IMG/VR virus record: IMGVR_UViG_3300045974_000132
Coordinates: 1-64,000 of that record
DNA: 64,000 nt
Reading direction: 5' to 3' (one strand)
The position numbers were made by a program, and so were the translations under genes. Below are positions 47,501-57,325 of this stretch, one piece after another. Under the pieces are notes generated by a model. That model was not told where the DNA came from, searched no databases, and was given only the letters and a program-made list of their open reading frames with translations. The first letter of the stretch is position 1. Every line of letters starts with the position of its first letter.

Positions 47501-50500
47501 AGTGTCATTACAGACATGCGGGCTCAATCTACCGGTGTATATTGGGTAGACCAGCTTAGTACAGCTGGTAAGTATTTGATGTACAATGTAGCAACAGCTA
47601 CTACGTACTACACCAGTACAACTGTTATTCCTCTTAACAAGTGGACACATGTTGCATCTGTACGCACTAGCGGTATCCTTCGTGTTTATATCAACGGTAT
47701 TCTCGACGGTCAACAAGCTGACGTTCAGAACTGGACACTTCCTTCTGTTGCAAACAACGTTACAGTAGGTATATCTAATTGGGCTGGTCAGCTAACTTCT
47801 GCTTTTGCGTATTATGGTTATCTGTCTGCTCGCTTTGTTAAGGGCAGTGCACTATATTCAGGACTTAGTTTTGCACTACCTACTACTCCGTTTACCGCAG
47901 TTGCAGGTACTGTGTTGATGTTGCGTGGAGACACACCTTATACTATTGACTCACTGGGTGGTACTTACGTCAATGTTTCAGGTAGTGCGGTAGTAACAAA
48001 GGCAAAGTCCCGTCAAGGTGCAACTTCCTTATACTTTGACGGTGCAGCAGCAACTAGGTTGGTCGTGAAGTCCCCGTGTGCTGCTTCTCCCTTCCTAGGT
48101 AACTTTACAATTGAAATGTGGTTCTACGGTTTAAGCGGAGCTGCTTCTTGGAACTTTTTGCTTGATAGCGAGTATGTAGTCAATGATGTATTAGGTTTAA
48201 GTATTGGTTTTAACAGTTCCTATCAATTATGGATGGGCTATAGTTCAGGACCGACCTATACAATTGCCGCTAGTGCCGCAACTGCTTTTTCACCAAATCA
48301 GTGGAATCATATTGCTCTGACTCGTCAAGGTAATTACTACTATCTTTGGTTGAACGGTAGACAAATAGGCTCTTATCTTAGTGCACAGACATTTACTTCT
48401 AACACAATATGGACTATAGGTAACCAGGTAGCAGGCAATTATGGAGTTAAGGGTTATATTGATGAATTCCGAGTTACTGCAGGTATTGCACGCTATACTT
48501 CTACGTTCTCTCCGAAGCAACAGTCTGCTTTTGCAGATGCGGGCCCAACATATGATCCGTTCTATGCACAAAACGAATTGGTTATTACTGGCGGTACGGC
48601 AACTGCTCAGGTTGATACCACCTTCAATGACAACTCTGGTACGCAACTAGCTGTCTTGAAAGCAGGTAGTCCTTATCAAGGTATTATCAATCCGTTTAGC
48701 ACTTCTACTGACGGTAGCATATACTTCAATGGAACAACTGATTACTTATCAATTCCTAATAGTAAGAGCTATCTAAATCTTAATAGCAACAATTTTACTA
48801 TAGAAGGTTGGTTCAACCGTCAAGCAACTGGAGTTGTGCAGGATATTCTTGATGCGCGAGGTATTGTAGGTGATACTAATAGTACTTGGTGTTTGAGTAT
48901 CGGTGGCGGTTCCTACAGCGCAGATAATAAGTTGCTATTTACTGCTGCCGCAACAAACGCAGGAACTAGTGGATCACCGTTTGTAACTCTTCACGGAACT
49001 ACTGCTTTCCAAGTCGGAGTATGGTATCACTTCGCAATTGTTCGCAACGGCAATGTGTGGACAATGTATGTGAACGGAGCTTCTGAAGCAACTGCAACTA
49101 ATAGTTCAACGGTCGGAAATAGCGCTTCTCTTGTATACCTCGGGGCAGGCTGTAATGGGGCCGGCACTATCGGATACTATAATAAGAGCTACTTCTCAAA
49201 CATTCGTGTTGTTAATGGTACTGCTGTTTATACCAGCAACTTCACAGTGCCTGCTGCTTCTTTGCCTGTAGTTTCAAATACTGTTCTGTTATTGAATACA
49301 AAGAACTCAGGTTTTATTGTAATACCTTCAGCAAATACAATAAAAGAGTGGTCAGGTTCAGGTAGAACTTTCACACAACCGGGTACTCCTACTATACAAG
49401 CTGCTTCACCCTTTGCATCTGGCGTAGGTCAGTCATTGTCACTCAACGGTACTACTCAGTACATCAGCATGTCGCAAACGATGAACTTTGCAGCAGACTT
49501 CACGATTGAGTGTTGGTTTAATGCAAACACAGTTACTCCTGCAACCCAAGGCATTATCGGTGACAACTACAGCAACGCAGGACCTTTCAAGATACAGCTA
49601 GCAACCAACACATTGGTAGCGTACGTACCGTCAAATTCAGGAGTCGTAAATTTAGGCACTGTGGTGGCAGGTACTTGGTATCACGTTGCAGTCGTTCGGA
49701 TAGGAACAGCAGTATCGTTCTACCTTAACGGTGCTAAGGTCGCGACCACTTCTGTAGGTGGTGCGCTCAACTCTGCAAACTCTCCGCAGATCGGTGCGAT
49801 GTATGCCAACACTACGGTAACAAACTTCTTCAATGGGTTTATCAGCAACGTTCGTATCGTAATCGGTACTGGTGTATATACCGGTGCGTTTACTGTTCCG
49901 ACTACACCACTGACGGCAGTTGCAAATACCCAGTTATTGATGTTCAATCAGAATTATTTGCTGACCAGCAATCAAGTGTTTGTTGATAATTCAGCTAATA
50001 ACTTCCCAGTAATTGCAACAGGAGCTCCTTCTCAATGTAGTATTTCTCCTTTTGCAGCCGGTGGGTATTCTGCATACTTTAATGGTAGCACTGACTACCT
50101 AAGTGCGGGTACGTTTGCAGCATCAACAATAGGTAGTTCTGACTTTACCGCAGAAGCTTGGTTTAACGTATCCTCATTCGGTACTGCCGGTACGGCACGA
50201 GGCTATATAATCGGTACGGCTTCCTCTAGTTACTTCCCAATAGGTATTGCTACTTATGTAGATTCTAGTGGTAGAAATATTTTGCAAGCGTGGCTATCAA
50301 GCACAGGCACTTCATGGGATATGATTTCAGGTGTCGGTCAAGACAGCTCCCAGATTACAACTGTAGGTAGTAGTTTATCTACAGGTATTTGGTATCATAT
50401 TGCTCTAGTTCGCAGCGGTAATACTTTTACTTCATACCTGAACGGTGTTCAGCAAGTGCAGTGGACTAAATCGACTGCTTTGATGGCACCTACACAAGCA

Positions 50501-51952
50501 GGGTTTATAGTAGGCGGTATAGGTAATGCAAATAACTGGTTGAAGGGTTATATAGCAAGTGCCCGTTTTGTTAAGGGAAGTGCTGTTTATGTAGGTGCTT
50601 TTACTCCTTCTACTACACCTCTTACTTCTATTACAAATACTCAAGTCCTGTTCAACTTCAGTAATGTTGCAGTTCAGGATGCTACAGGTAATCGAAGTTT
50701 AGCTTTAATAGGAAGTACTCAGGCTAGCACAGCAGTAGCGAAGTTCGGCACTAACTCTATTGCCTTTAATGGTAGTACAGATTATATATCTATACCTGAC
50801 TACAAATACTTAGAGTTTGGTGCAGCGGACTTCACTATTGAAATGTGGGTGTATCCATCATCAAGCACTAATGCAATGACGTTATTTAGTAAGCGTGCTA
50901 CTTCAGCAGGATTGACATCTTTGGTTATTCATAAGATTGCTAGTTCTACTCAGGTGAGCTACTGGGCTTCTAGCAATGGTACTTCTTTTGATATAGCTAA
51001 CGGTGTTTCGATGGGTAGTATGGTTCTGAATCAGTGGAATCATATTGCTCTAGTTCGCAGCGGAGGTGTATTTATACCGTTTGTTAACGGAGCTGCAGGT
51101 ACTGCTACTAATAGCACTGCTACAATAATTGCTGCTGCGAATCCTGTATTAATAGGCGGTGATACGGATGCAATGAAGTTCCAAGGCTTTATGGATGACA
51201 TTCGTATCACGAAGGGTGTTGCTCGCTACCTTGCAAACTTTAAGCTGCCTTCTGCTTCGTATAACAGCTTACTGGCTATAGCGGCTACTGATTATGATCC
51301 TTATGAGCAGAACGTTGTATTTGCACTCCAAGGGTCGATTAGTGATCTGAAACAACATGCTGTAACAGTAACAGGTAGTCCTGCTGTATCAACGGCTGTA
51401 GCTAAGTTCGGTGCTAAGTCTTTGTATCTCAATGGAAGTAGTACGAAGTTGACGTATGCTGCATCTATTGATTGGTACTTGGCAGACACGTTTACTATAG
51501 AGTTCTGGATGTATCCTACTGTGGCACCCGCTTCAGGTAATCAGTGCCGTCTACTGCTCTTAGGTGCTAATGCAACGTCAAGTGCCCTTTATGTAGGCTA
51601 TGGTAATGATGGGTCTATCGGAATGTGGGTTCCTAATACTGGAATCACTGGAATAATGGCACCAGCTGGTACTATAGTTCTGAATACATGGCAACACATT
51701 GCAATATCTGTTCAGAACGGTATTGCAACTATATACAAAAACGGTGTTCAGGTTGCACAGGTTGTAGGTATTACAGCTCAGACACTTTTAGCTACCAATA
51801 CTCTGATCTTAGGGTATGACACAGTAGCAACAGTTAATGCTCAATACACTGGGTACCTGCAAGACTTCCGTATCACTAAGGGTGTTGCTCGCTACCTTGC
51901 AAACTTTACTGCACCTACTCTTGCTAATCCGACTTATGGACTAGATGCTTAA
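44576..51952 (+). CDS. Giant multi-LamG (concanavalin A-like) putative receptor-binding virion protein, 11 domains
   Basis: Eleven copies of FT(I/V)E.W ... W.H(V/I/F)A......(Y/F/W).NG ... R...(A/G).Y; ATG 44576 preferred over TTG 44558. Confidence 0.88.
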   Translation: MLLTVKPFYMAVAQTLSGFDPYYDAVTLLLHAEGANGSQVITDEKGHTATVGSGVTLSTATSMFGSSCLKFDNTATATMYYNGSSDFAFGYDDFTIEAFVKTNSFGTTLQTIFDTRPANVNGAYICLYLETTGAISTYVNSVVQLTSATKLSTNTWAHVALSRTNQVTSLFINGALQGSVVDATNYLNGASRPSIGNSGYYSGGTTPWNGYIDELRVTKGVGRYIAGAVPAFTTDANTKLLAHFENNLTDVVGNTITNSGATFSSTISKSGSYSAYFNGASYAAAPAAVGQFGSGEFTVEGWAYLPANGGYQTLFGTLNHPTDGWAVQQNRVMWFDGSGFHTGTYSASVPANSWAHVAFVRLGNTITVYINGASVFSGAVSGALTSNAALRFGYRPDGNEFMTGYLDEVRVSNVARYTANYTVAMPAPTTIPTSTMQSTLEGAFDPYYGNTVLMIHGNDTVGLDTTFVDSSINQAAITRYGNVRQGLNNPFGTTTDGSIYFNGSTDYLTLPYSNIATQWWNSAGFTIEAWVYPIAYTSSTLNSNTDPVLVGNQTVGSASSFWSFGLDSAGHVKLYYFTGSQNRIIGTGVVALNTWTHIAMVVSGTTVKFYINGVLDTTSAISGTPQSGSTSPFVVGAGGNGYFNGFISNMRIVAGTSIYTTGFIPPTSSLTNIAGTQLLLNTKNNGYVSDNTQVLDYSSNTLLLTNAGSTSLVPASPFGTLGQSLSFNGSTQKLTTSANAGLAFGTGDFTVEFWLFPLSFVNYITYVSTRTGANTTSWSIGTQAAGQILFYAGSEILRSSATLTLNAWQHIAIVRKNGVISGYINGVKYAADVANTYNFTANVATVGGDPTFGEFAPAYLSNVRITNNAVYSAPFTPSTTPLTAVSGTQLLAANKPYSFLSNTALMEAGSGLPIAVNGAPINTGVYPFATQSSSIFFTGATPDYLKMTAPTTIGFGTGDYTVEYWLFPTAYGATTSVITDMRAQSTGVYWVDQLSTAGKYLMYNVATATTYYTSTTVIPLNKWTHVASVRTSGILRVYINGILDGQQADVQNWTLPSVANNVTVGISNWAGQLTSAFAYYGYLSARFVKGSALYSGLSFALPTTPFTAVAGTVLMLRGDTPYTIDSLGGTYVNVSGSAVVTKAKSRQGATSLYFDGAAATRLVVKSPCAASPFLGNFTIEMWFYGLSGAASWNFLLDSEYVVNDVLGLSIGFNSSYQLWMGYSSGPTYTIAASAATAFSPNQWNHIALTRQGNYYYLWLNGRQIGSYLSAQTFTSNTIWTIGNQVAGNYGVKGYIDEFRVTAGIARYTSTFSPKQQSAFADAGPTYDPFYAQNELVITGGTATAQVDTTFNDNSGTQLAVLKAGSPYQGIINPFSTSTDGSIYFNGTTDYLSIPNSKSYLNLNSNNFTIEGWFNRQATGVVQDILDARGIVGDTNSTWCLSIGGGSYSADNKLLFTAAATNAGTSGSPFVTLHGTTAFQVGVWYHFAIVRNGNVWTMYVNGASEATATNSSTVGNSASLVYLGAGCNGAGTIGYYNKSYFSNIRVVNGTAVYTSNFTVPAASLPVVSNTVLLLNTKNSGFIVIPSANTIKEWSGSGRTFTQPGTPTIQAASPFASGVGQSLSLNGTTQYISMSQTMNFAADFTIECWFNANTVTPATQGIIGDNYSNAGPFKIQLATNTLVAYVPSNSGVVNLGTVVAGTWYHVAVVRIGTAVSFYLNGAKVATTSVGGALNSANSPQIGAMYANTTVTNFFNGFISNVRIVIGTGVYTGAFTVPTTPLTAVANTQLLMFNQNYLLTSNQVFVDNSANNFPVIATGAPSQCSISPFAAGGYSAYFNGSTDYLSAGTFAASTIGSSDFTAEAWFNVSSFGTAGTARGYIIGTASSSYFPIGIATYVDSSGRNILQAWLSSTGTSWDMISGVGQDSSQITTVGSSLSTGIWYHIALVRSGNTFTSYLNGVQQVQWTKSTALMAPTQAGFIVGGIGNANNWLKGYIASARFVKGSAVYVGAFTPSTTPLTSITNTQVLFNFSNVAVQDATGNRSLALIGSTQASTAVAKFGTNSIAFNGSTDYISIPDYKYLEFGAADFTIEMWVYPSSSTNAMTLFSKRATSAGLTSLVIHKIASSTQVSYWASSNGTSFDIANGVSMGSMVLNQWNHIALVRSGGVFIPFVNGAAGTATNSTATIIAAANPVLIGGDTDAMKFQGFMDDIRITKGVARYLANFKLPSASYNSLLAIAATDYDPYEQNVVFALQGSISDLKQHAVTVTGSPAVSTAVAKFGAKSLYLNGSSTKLTYAASIDWYLADTFTIEFWMYPTVAPASGNQCRLLLLGANATSSALYVGYGNDGSIGMWVPNTGITGIMAPAGTIVLNTWQHIAISVQNGIATIYKNGVQVAQVVGITAQTLLATNTLILGYDTVATVNAQYTGYLQDFRITKGVARYLANFTAPTLANPTYGLDA

Positions 51953-51970
51953 TTAAGTAATAAACTTTAA

Positions 51971-52006
51971 TGGCTACCGAGGATTAAGTTTCTCGGTAGC
52001 TATTTT
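51971..52006 (+). terminator. Intrinsic terminator
   Basis: TGGCTACCGAGGA-ttaagt-TTCTCGGTAGCTA followed by TTTT. Confidence 0.8.
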
Positions 52007-52046
52007 CACGTCGGCTTAAAATCTCATAAAATGAAAGGTGCATATC

Positions 52047-52490
52047 ATGGAGTACGCTCTAGTAATAAAATTTTTGAAAGATAACTGGAAACCTATAGCA
52101 GGCGTTCTTACTACCTTATTGATTATTCTTGCAGCTAACATGTATCTCGATCATGTATTTGCACAAGGTGAACAAAAGGGTATTGAGGATACAACAAAAC
52201 TCTGGTCTGCAAAATATAATAAGGATGTTAAAGCTCTAAACGGTAAGATAGCTGAAGTTGAACTTGACTCCAAGAATAATGCTGAGATTGCGAGGATAAA
52301 GTTAGACACAGCAAACTTCAAGATAGACAACCTTCTTAAAGAAATTGATAAACAACGTAACAAGTATGACCAATATGTTTACGATCAAAAAGGTAGACGT
52401 ATTTGCGGTTCTGAAACTTCAGGTCCTATATACCTAGGACCTGACTTTAGTACAGAATGGAATATCTTAAATAAGGGAGCGCTACAATGA
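52047..52490 (+). CDS. Inner-membrane spanin (Rz-like)
   Basis: N-terminal TM (IAGVLTTLLIILAANMYL), periplasmic coiled coil, followed by a lipoprotein gene; ATG 52047 with AAAGGTG RBS. Confidence 0.75.
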   Translation: MEYALVIKFLKDNWKPIAGVLTTLLIILAANMYLDHVFAQGEQKGIEDTTKLWSAKYNKDVKALNGKIAEVELDSKNNAEIARIKLDTANFKIDNLLKEIDKQRNKYDQYVYDQKGRRICGSETSGPIYLGPDFSTEWNILNKGALQ

Positions 52491-52777
52491 AAACGATATT
52501 CATAGCTATGTTAGTTACAGTCTTTGCAGGTTGTGCTTCAGTTAAGCCTCCTGTTATACCAGGTACTCTTGAAGGTGTCAAGACTGAAGTTAATATAGAC
52601 CCACGACTACTAGAAGATTGCGATCCTTTATCGGATATAGATAGCAACGTTAGGCCTAGCGATGTTTTAGACCAACACGCAAAAGATGTAAAGGTAGTAA
52701 ATTGCTTGCGGTCTAAGAACAAAGCTCTTGTCAAAACAATGAAGGAAGCTTTCAATCTAAAGGATGCCCCCAAATGA
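52487..52777 (+). CDS. Outer-membrane spanin lipoprotein (Rz1-like)
   Basis: Signal with lipobox FAG-C, Pro-rich start, ATGA overlap with the i-spanin. Confidence 0.8.
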   Translation: MKTIFIAMLVTVFAGCASVKPPVIPGTLEGVKTEVNIDPRLLEDCDPLSDIDSNVRPSDVLDQHAKDVKVVNCLRSKNKALVKTMKEAFNLKDAPK

Positions 52778-53301
52778 ACTCTTATGCTTACGATCAGCTT
52801 AGAGGTAGTGTAAAAGCAGGACAGTTAGTGTTCTTTAAAGCAACTAAGTGGAATCAAAAACTTATTACTTTAATTACAGGTGGAAAGTATTCCCACTGTG
52901 GTATGGCTGTATGGTTGACAGACGGTGTGTCTTCCCGTTTGATGCTGATCGAAGCAACTAACGGTGGGCGTAGAATTATCTCCCTAAGTCATTATGCAGA
53001 TCGCTCATTTGAAGTAATTGACGTAAAGTTGAACTACCCAGATATAGCAGAAGAGGTTTTGGAACATACTGGACTTCCATATAGCTATATTGACTTTATC
53101 AAGATTGGTATTCGTGACATTATGTTACGTTTCGGTATTAAAACACATCTACCTAATAGTGTAGGTGAAGTATGCAGTGAGTTCTTGTCGAATACTGTTC
53201 AGAAGGCTGGTATTAAGGTATCTGATGCTCTAATATCTCCATCTGCTTTGTATAAAGAAATGAAAGCACTAGGGACTGTAATTGCTGCGTATAAACCCTA
53301 A
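52774..53301 (+). CDS. Permuted papain-like NlpC/P60 (YiiX/YebB-like) amidase
   Basis: KAGQLVFFK, YSHCGM (His), LIEAT, LPYSY and VCSEF (Cys after His, the permuted order). Confidence 0.85.
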   Translation: MNSYAYDQLRGSVKAGQLVFFKATKWNQKLITLITGGKYSHCGMAVWLTDGVSSRLMLIEATNGGRRIISLSHYADRSFEVIDVKLNYPDIAEEVLEHTGLPYSYIDFIKIGIRDIMLRFGIKTHLPNSVGEVCSEFLSNTVQKAGIKVSDALISPSALYKEMKALGTVIAAYKP

Positions 53302-53314
53302 TTCATGGACATGG

Positions 53315-53353
53315 AAAAGCCCAGCAATCCTTAATTGGAGGCTGGGCTTTTTT
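53315..53353. terminator. Bidirectional terminator at the convergence of the + and - blocks
   Basis: AAAAGCCCAGC...GCTGGGCTTTTTT with A and T tails on both sides. Confidence 0.8.
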
Positions 53354-53374
53354 ACGACCGTGTTCTTGGAGCAG

Positions 53375-54175
53375 TTATATAGTCTTCTTTCTATACATAC
53401 CCATAGTGATAGCTGCCTTTAATGGGCCGCCTGTAATGTCAGGATCTGCTTCAAGGGTATAGCGTAAAAAATAAGGGTAGACCATCATAAACGGTTCCGG
53501 AGACTGAATGCTATTAAGATTGTCTGATCCTACTAGGTGCATTTGATTTATAAATCTAAACAACTTAACTTCTACAGGAGCCGTCATGTATGCTCCTGTG
53601 TTAGTTGTATTAGGAACAAAACCAGTTGCCGTTAGATCAAGAGTACCTTGATGGGTAGGATGGGGGAAAGGTGTATTAGGTGGACAATATACTTCAATTG
53701 ACAGATGACTATCAAAGCCCGCATTTAGATAACGAACTTCTCCATCACGGATATAAACGTCATCTGCAAAGTGTATATCAATCGTAGCTGTTTGACCAGC
53801 TTCTGCAATCAAATGAATATGCGGGCCTGCACCGATCTTTTTAGGATTGGAAGTTACATCATCACCGTTGCCTGTGAAGTGCCGATAGAAACCAGCAGGG
53901 CGATCAGAAGAAGTTGTAATCTGCTTACCATCTTTTGTGAATTGCGTACTCAAGCCCTTCAAGAAATTCACAGCATCCATCTTAATGTACGTTTGGATAC
54001 CGTCATTGATCTGAAGATCACCGTTAAGGATGTGAATAATTAAGCTGGCTGAGTTGATAAGAGTATTTTCATCGAAAGCCAATCCATTAGCCGTAGCACC
54101 TGCGTCGATGACTAAGCCATTCATATCAGTTATAGTAACAGAACTTCCTGTTACGTTGATAATATTACGAATCAT
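53375..54175 (-). CDS. Putative virion structural protein
   Basis: 266 aa beta-rich ORF, GGGGA RBS, last gene of the minus-strand cluster. Confidence 0.65.
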   Translation of the reverse strand: MIRNIINVTGSSVTITDMNGLVIDAGATANGLAFDENTLINSASLIIHILNGDLQINDGIQTYIKMDAVNFLKGLSTQFTKDGKQITTSSDRPAGFYRHFTGNGDDVTSNPKKIGAGPHIHLIAEAGQTATIDIHFADDVYIRDGEVRYLNAGFDSHLSIEVYCPPNTPFPHPTHQGTLDLTATGFVPNTTNTGAYMTAPVEVKLFRFINQMHLVGSDNLNSIQSPEPFMMVYPYFLRYTLEADPDITGGPLKAAITMGMYRKKTI

Positions 54176-54191
54176 TTAATTCCCCTAAGTG

Positions 54192-54785
54192 TTAGTTACG
54201 CGCAGCCGTATCGACTAAGATAACAGGATTGGATATATCAGACGTAGATTCAATAGAGAAACTAAGTTCTTCACCTTCAGCAAGTTGGATTGCTAAGTTT
54301 GTAAACTTACGAACCTCAGCAGTTACATTAAACCTGGTAGATTCTACACCGTTGATCTTTGCAACTAGGTCGTAGTTATCTGCACCGGCTGAAGAAACTG
54401 CAACACTCATAATCAAACGATTACGTTCGACTGAAAATGTGCTACCTGTAGTAACAAAAGGTATATCAAACTTACGAACATTTGCAGCCTTAACTGCAAA
54501 CACCAGAGTAGTTACATTGACGCTCACAACAATATCCTGATATACAAAAGAAGGGGTTCCGTCTGAAAGCTTATTAGTTGGGATTACAACGTGTGCTGCA
54601 TCATAAGCAGCTTTTTCTTCGACAGTCATTTCCCTAACACTGTCACCTTCTACCAACCAGTAACAAGGTGCCACGCCGGCTACCGCACTTAGATCAGGAT
54701 TGATAATCCAATCTGTCTCGGGGTAGTCAGGTGTATTAACAGAGGCCAAGTAAGCACCTGTAGTTCTACTTAATACGTTTGCCAC
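54192..54785 (-). CDS. Putative virion structural protein
   Basis: 197 aa, GTG start with AGGAG RBS; YWLVEGDSVREMT.EEKAAYDA motif. Confidence 0.65.
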   Translation of the reverse strand: MANVLSRTTGAYLASVNTPDYPETDWIINPDLSAVAGVAPCYWLVEGDSVREMTVEEKAAYDAAHVVIPTNKLSDGTPSFVYQDIVVSVNVTTLVFAVKAANVRKFDIPFVTTGSTFSVERNRLIMSVAVSSAGADNYDLVAKINGVESTRFNVTAEVRKFTNLAIQLAEGEELSFSIESTSDISNPVILVDTAARN

Positions 54786-54804
54786 AATATAACTCCTTGT
54801 TCTC

Positions 54805-55512
54805 TTACATAGTATTAGTCATTCTACGCAACCCATGCACTGAAGGGCCATAGACACAACTACCATAGGGTGTTCCGTGCATTCCTAACAGTCCACTATC
54901 TTTAATACTGTTAGTGCCGCTTGCTATCGTACCTGAAGGTTGTTCGTCAAGAGCAAACCTAAATAACAGCCCGTTGTAGATACTGTCACGCCCCTCACAA
55001 TTACGAATAGTTGTAATCTCGTTTTGAGCCAAAGCTCTATTGTAAAGGCGTAAGTCTTCTAAAGACCCTTGTAGGAATTCAGTAATCCCTGTGTCACCAG
55101 CAGCTTGAGCGTTAGCTCCGACTACTACACCTGTTGTGTCTGTTGTGAAAGTTTGAGTACGTGCAGCACTACCTACTTGTAGTGCATCTTGATAGATCAA
55201 CATTGTAGTACCATCATAGGTCATAACCATATGATACCAAGTATTGATAGCTAAAGCAGGAGCAGTTGTTGCACTAGCTGTAGATACCGAAGCAGCACTA
55301 CCTATCAAGCCTCGTAAGCTATTACCGTACGCATCTAATGCCCACCATTCATTACCAGGTGTAGCGGATACCATACGATTAATAAACATCCCCATACCTG
55401 CAAGTGCTGAGAAGTTCACCCAACATGCAATAGTTAGCGGGCCTGTTAGCGTATCGAATCCTGCATTGTGTGGTATATACACATAGTTGTTTAAGTTGAA
55501 TGCCAGGCTCAT
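54805..55512 (-). CDS. Single LamG-domain protein
   Basis: LTIACWV, NTWYHMVMTYDG....YQD, GSLEDLRLYNRAL. Confidence 0.85.
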   Translation of the reverse strand: MSLAFNLNNYVYIPHNAGFDTLTGPLTIACWVNFSALAGMGMFINRMVSATPGNEWWALDAYGNSLRGLIGSAASVSTASATTAPALAINTWYHMVMTYDGTTMLIYQDALQVGSAARTQTFTTDTTGVVVGANAQAAGDTGITEFLQGSLEDLRLYNRALAQNEITTIRNCEGRDSIYNGLLFRFALDEQPSGTIASGTNSIKDSGLLGMHGTPYGSCVYGPSVHGLRRMTNTM

Positions 55513-55514
55513 AG

Positions 55515-56168
55515 CTATCTCCTTTGTAAGAATAAAGAAGATTGGGCTACAGGGTAGGCAGTACCAACTAATGTCGCCACAAGATTCGACTGTGTTTCTT
55601 TGATAGCAGGTGTCCCATTAAAGACACTACCTACTTGATATTCACACATAGGCCAAAGAGCAAGCAAACTGTAGTCCATAAAGTCACGCTGCTTACTATT
55701 CATTATGGTAAGTATGTCATTAACAGTCAGGGCACGATTGTACAGACGCATATCTTCCATCTGATAATTGACTGCATTCTCATTCCACTGATTACCACCT
55801 ATTTGACATACTGTAGGCTGCCCTGTTTGAGGAGCTGTCGTAGAAGTAACTTGACTTACCCCGTTGTAGTACAAGGTATGCGTAGTACCATCAAAGGTGT
55901 ACGCTATATGTACCCAAGTATTAATCGCAGGAGGGTTGGCTGAGACTAAAGCATTACCACCGTAGCTCCATACAGCAAAACTAGTAGAGCTGCGGAGTCC
56001 TACCTGATAACCCCACCCATTAGTTGGATCGACACTATTGATAAAGGATTGTAGGGTAGCATTGTCACTCAAGTTCAGCCAAAAGCATATTGTTCTAGCT
56101 GCTTGAGATAACGGAAAAGCTGTTGCAGGGTATTGATGATAGTGCGTACCGTTGAATAAGATACTCAT
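55515..56168 (-). CDS. Single LamG-domain protein (tandem paralog)
   Basis: RTICFWL, NTWVHIAYTFDG....YYNG, MEDMRLYNRAL. Confidence 0.85.
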   Translation of the reverse strand: MSILFNGTHYHQYPATAFPLSQAARTICFWLNLSDNATLQSFINSVDPTNGWGYQVGLRSSTSFAVWSYGGNALVSANPPAINTWVHIAYTFDGTTHTLYYNGVSQVTSTTAPQTGQPTVCQIGGNQWNENAVNYQMEDMRLYNRALTVNDILTIMNSKQRDFMDYSLLALWPMCEYQVGSVFNGTPAIKETQSNLVATLVGTAYPVAQSSLFLQRR

Positions 56169-56177
56169 ATCTCCTCC

Positions 56178-57314
56178 TTAGGAGTAAGATACAGTAGCAT
56201 TCAACAGATGAAAGTCACCTACTAAAGTATCCGCAACATTACTACCTTGGCGCGTAAATTCAAGTTGATATATACTACCTGCTGACATACCAAGAGAAGC
56301 AAGTGATATAGTCTGTTGGAAGGCTTGATAGTACGCATTAGTAGGTATGTTAAGAGCAGATAGAATAAGCCCTGCTGACCAAGAACCCACCGCTGCATTC
56401 ATAGGAATAGCACGAGTAAATAGTCTAGGTAGTACTACCTTAGCAGTTGCGGGTGCTGTTGCACACTTACCTGTAAGATTTAAAATAAGGTTGGTCGCTC
56501 CTGCTGGAACATTCAGAGTAAACCCAATGCCTTCTTCAGCAGTATCGTCGAACGCTCTAACAAGAATACCTGCGTTGGTAGTATCTGCAATAACTGGAGC
56601 AAGGACAGTAACAGCCCAGTTAGAGTTATTCGGATTGTCGAACTGAGCAGCAGAGAACAAGCTTGTACTTTGTCCACCCGCAACACCGGCTGGCCCTTGT
56701 GCACCGGTTAAGCTCAGTGCAGAAAGAGTACAACCTATTTGTAGCGTACCTGACGTACCTGTGTTGCTTGAAGCAGCGACCGTGATATAGTCGTTTGCAT
56801 TCAAGTACAGCGGGATTACCTTAGTTGAATGCTCTCGTGCTGACCGTGTGTTTGTGGTAATCAAACCGTTCGGAACCGCAGTACCATTCACTTTGATTTG
56901 GAACAGGTTGAGGTTGGCGGTCGTCGTATTGATGTCCTCTGTTTCGAGTATTACCAGATATAAACCAGCGACCTTGGCAATCAGTTGGCTTGTCGTAGCA
57001 CCTTGAACTAATACATTGGTGTTATTAGCGTAGTCAACCGTGTTGAATGTGATGTCAGTGGCTGTTGTCGTCAACGCCAAAGTTGTCGTCCGGCGCAGAG
57101 CGCACGCGACTAGATTGCTACTACCCAATACGAACTGCTGCCACGAGCCATTAACTAAACCTTCAAATGTTATTAGGTCCGTGCTGTAGCGAAAGGCACC
57201 GTCCAATGCACCCGTCTTACGCTGTGCAGTTGGGCCAGCAGGTAGGTTCACACCACCCGTACCCGGCAAGGAAAGATCAGGCAGAAGGTTGTCACCGTCT
57301 ATTAGTGTTCTCAT
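56178..57314 (-). CDS. Virion structural protein with C1q/TNF-like jelly-roll domain
   Basis: DITFNTV...LIAKVAGLYLV...IKVNG...LYLNANDYITV. Confidence 0.6.
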   Translation of the reverse strand: MRTLIDGDNLLPDLSLPGTGGVNLPAGPTAQRKTGALDGAFRYSTDLITFEGLVNGSWQQFVLGSSNLVACALRRTTTLALTTTATDITFNTVDYANNTNVLVQGATTSQLIAKVAGLYLVILETEDINTTTANLNLFQIKVNGTAVPNGLITTNTRSAREHSTKVIPLYLNANDYITVAASSNTGTSGTLQIGCTLSALSLTGAQGPAGVAGGQSTSLFSAAQFDNPNNSNWAVTVLAPVIADTTNAGILVRAFDDTAEEGIGFTLNVPAGATNLILNLTGKCATAPATAKVVLPRLFTRAIPMNAAVGSWSAGLILSALNIPTNAYYQAFQQTISLASLGMSAGSIYQLEFTRQGSNVADTLVGDFHLLNATVSYS

Positions 57315-57325
57315 AGCTAAACCTT

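Noticed and set aside
50396-51908. Repeated segments in the LamG gene as a DGR template/variable repeat pair
   Set aside because: Matches are only about 23-31 nt, show no adenine-specific mismatch pattern, and no reverse transcriptase is in the window.
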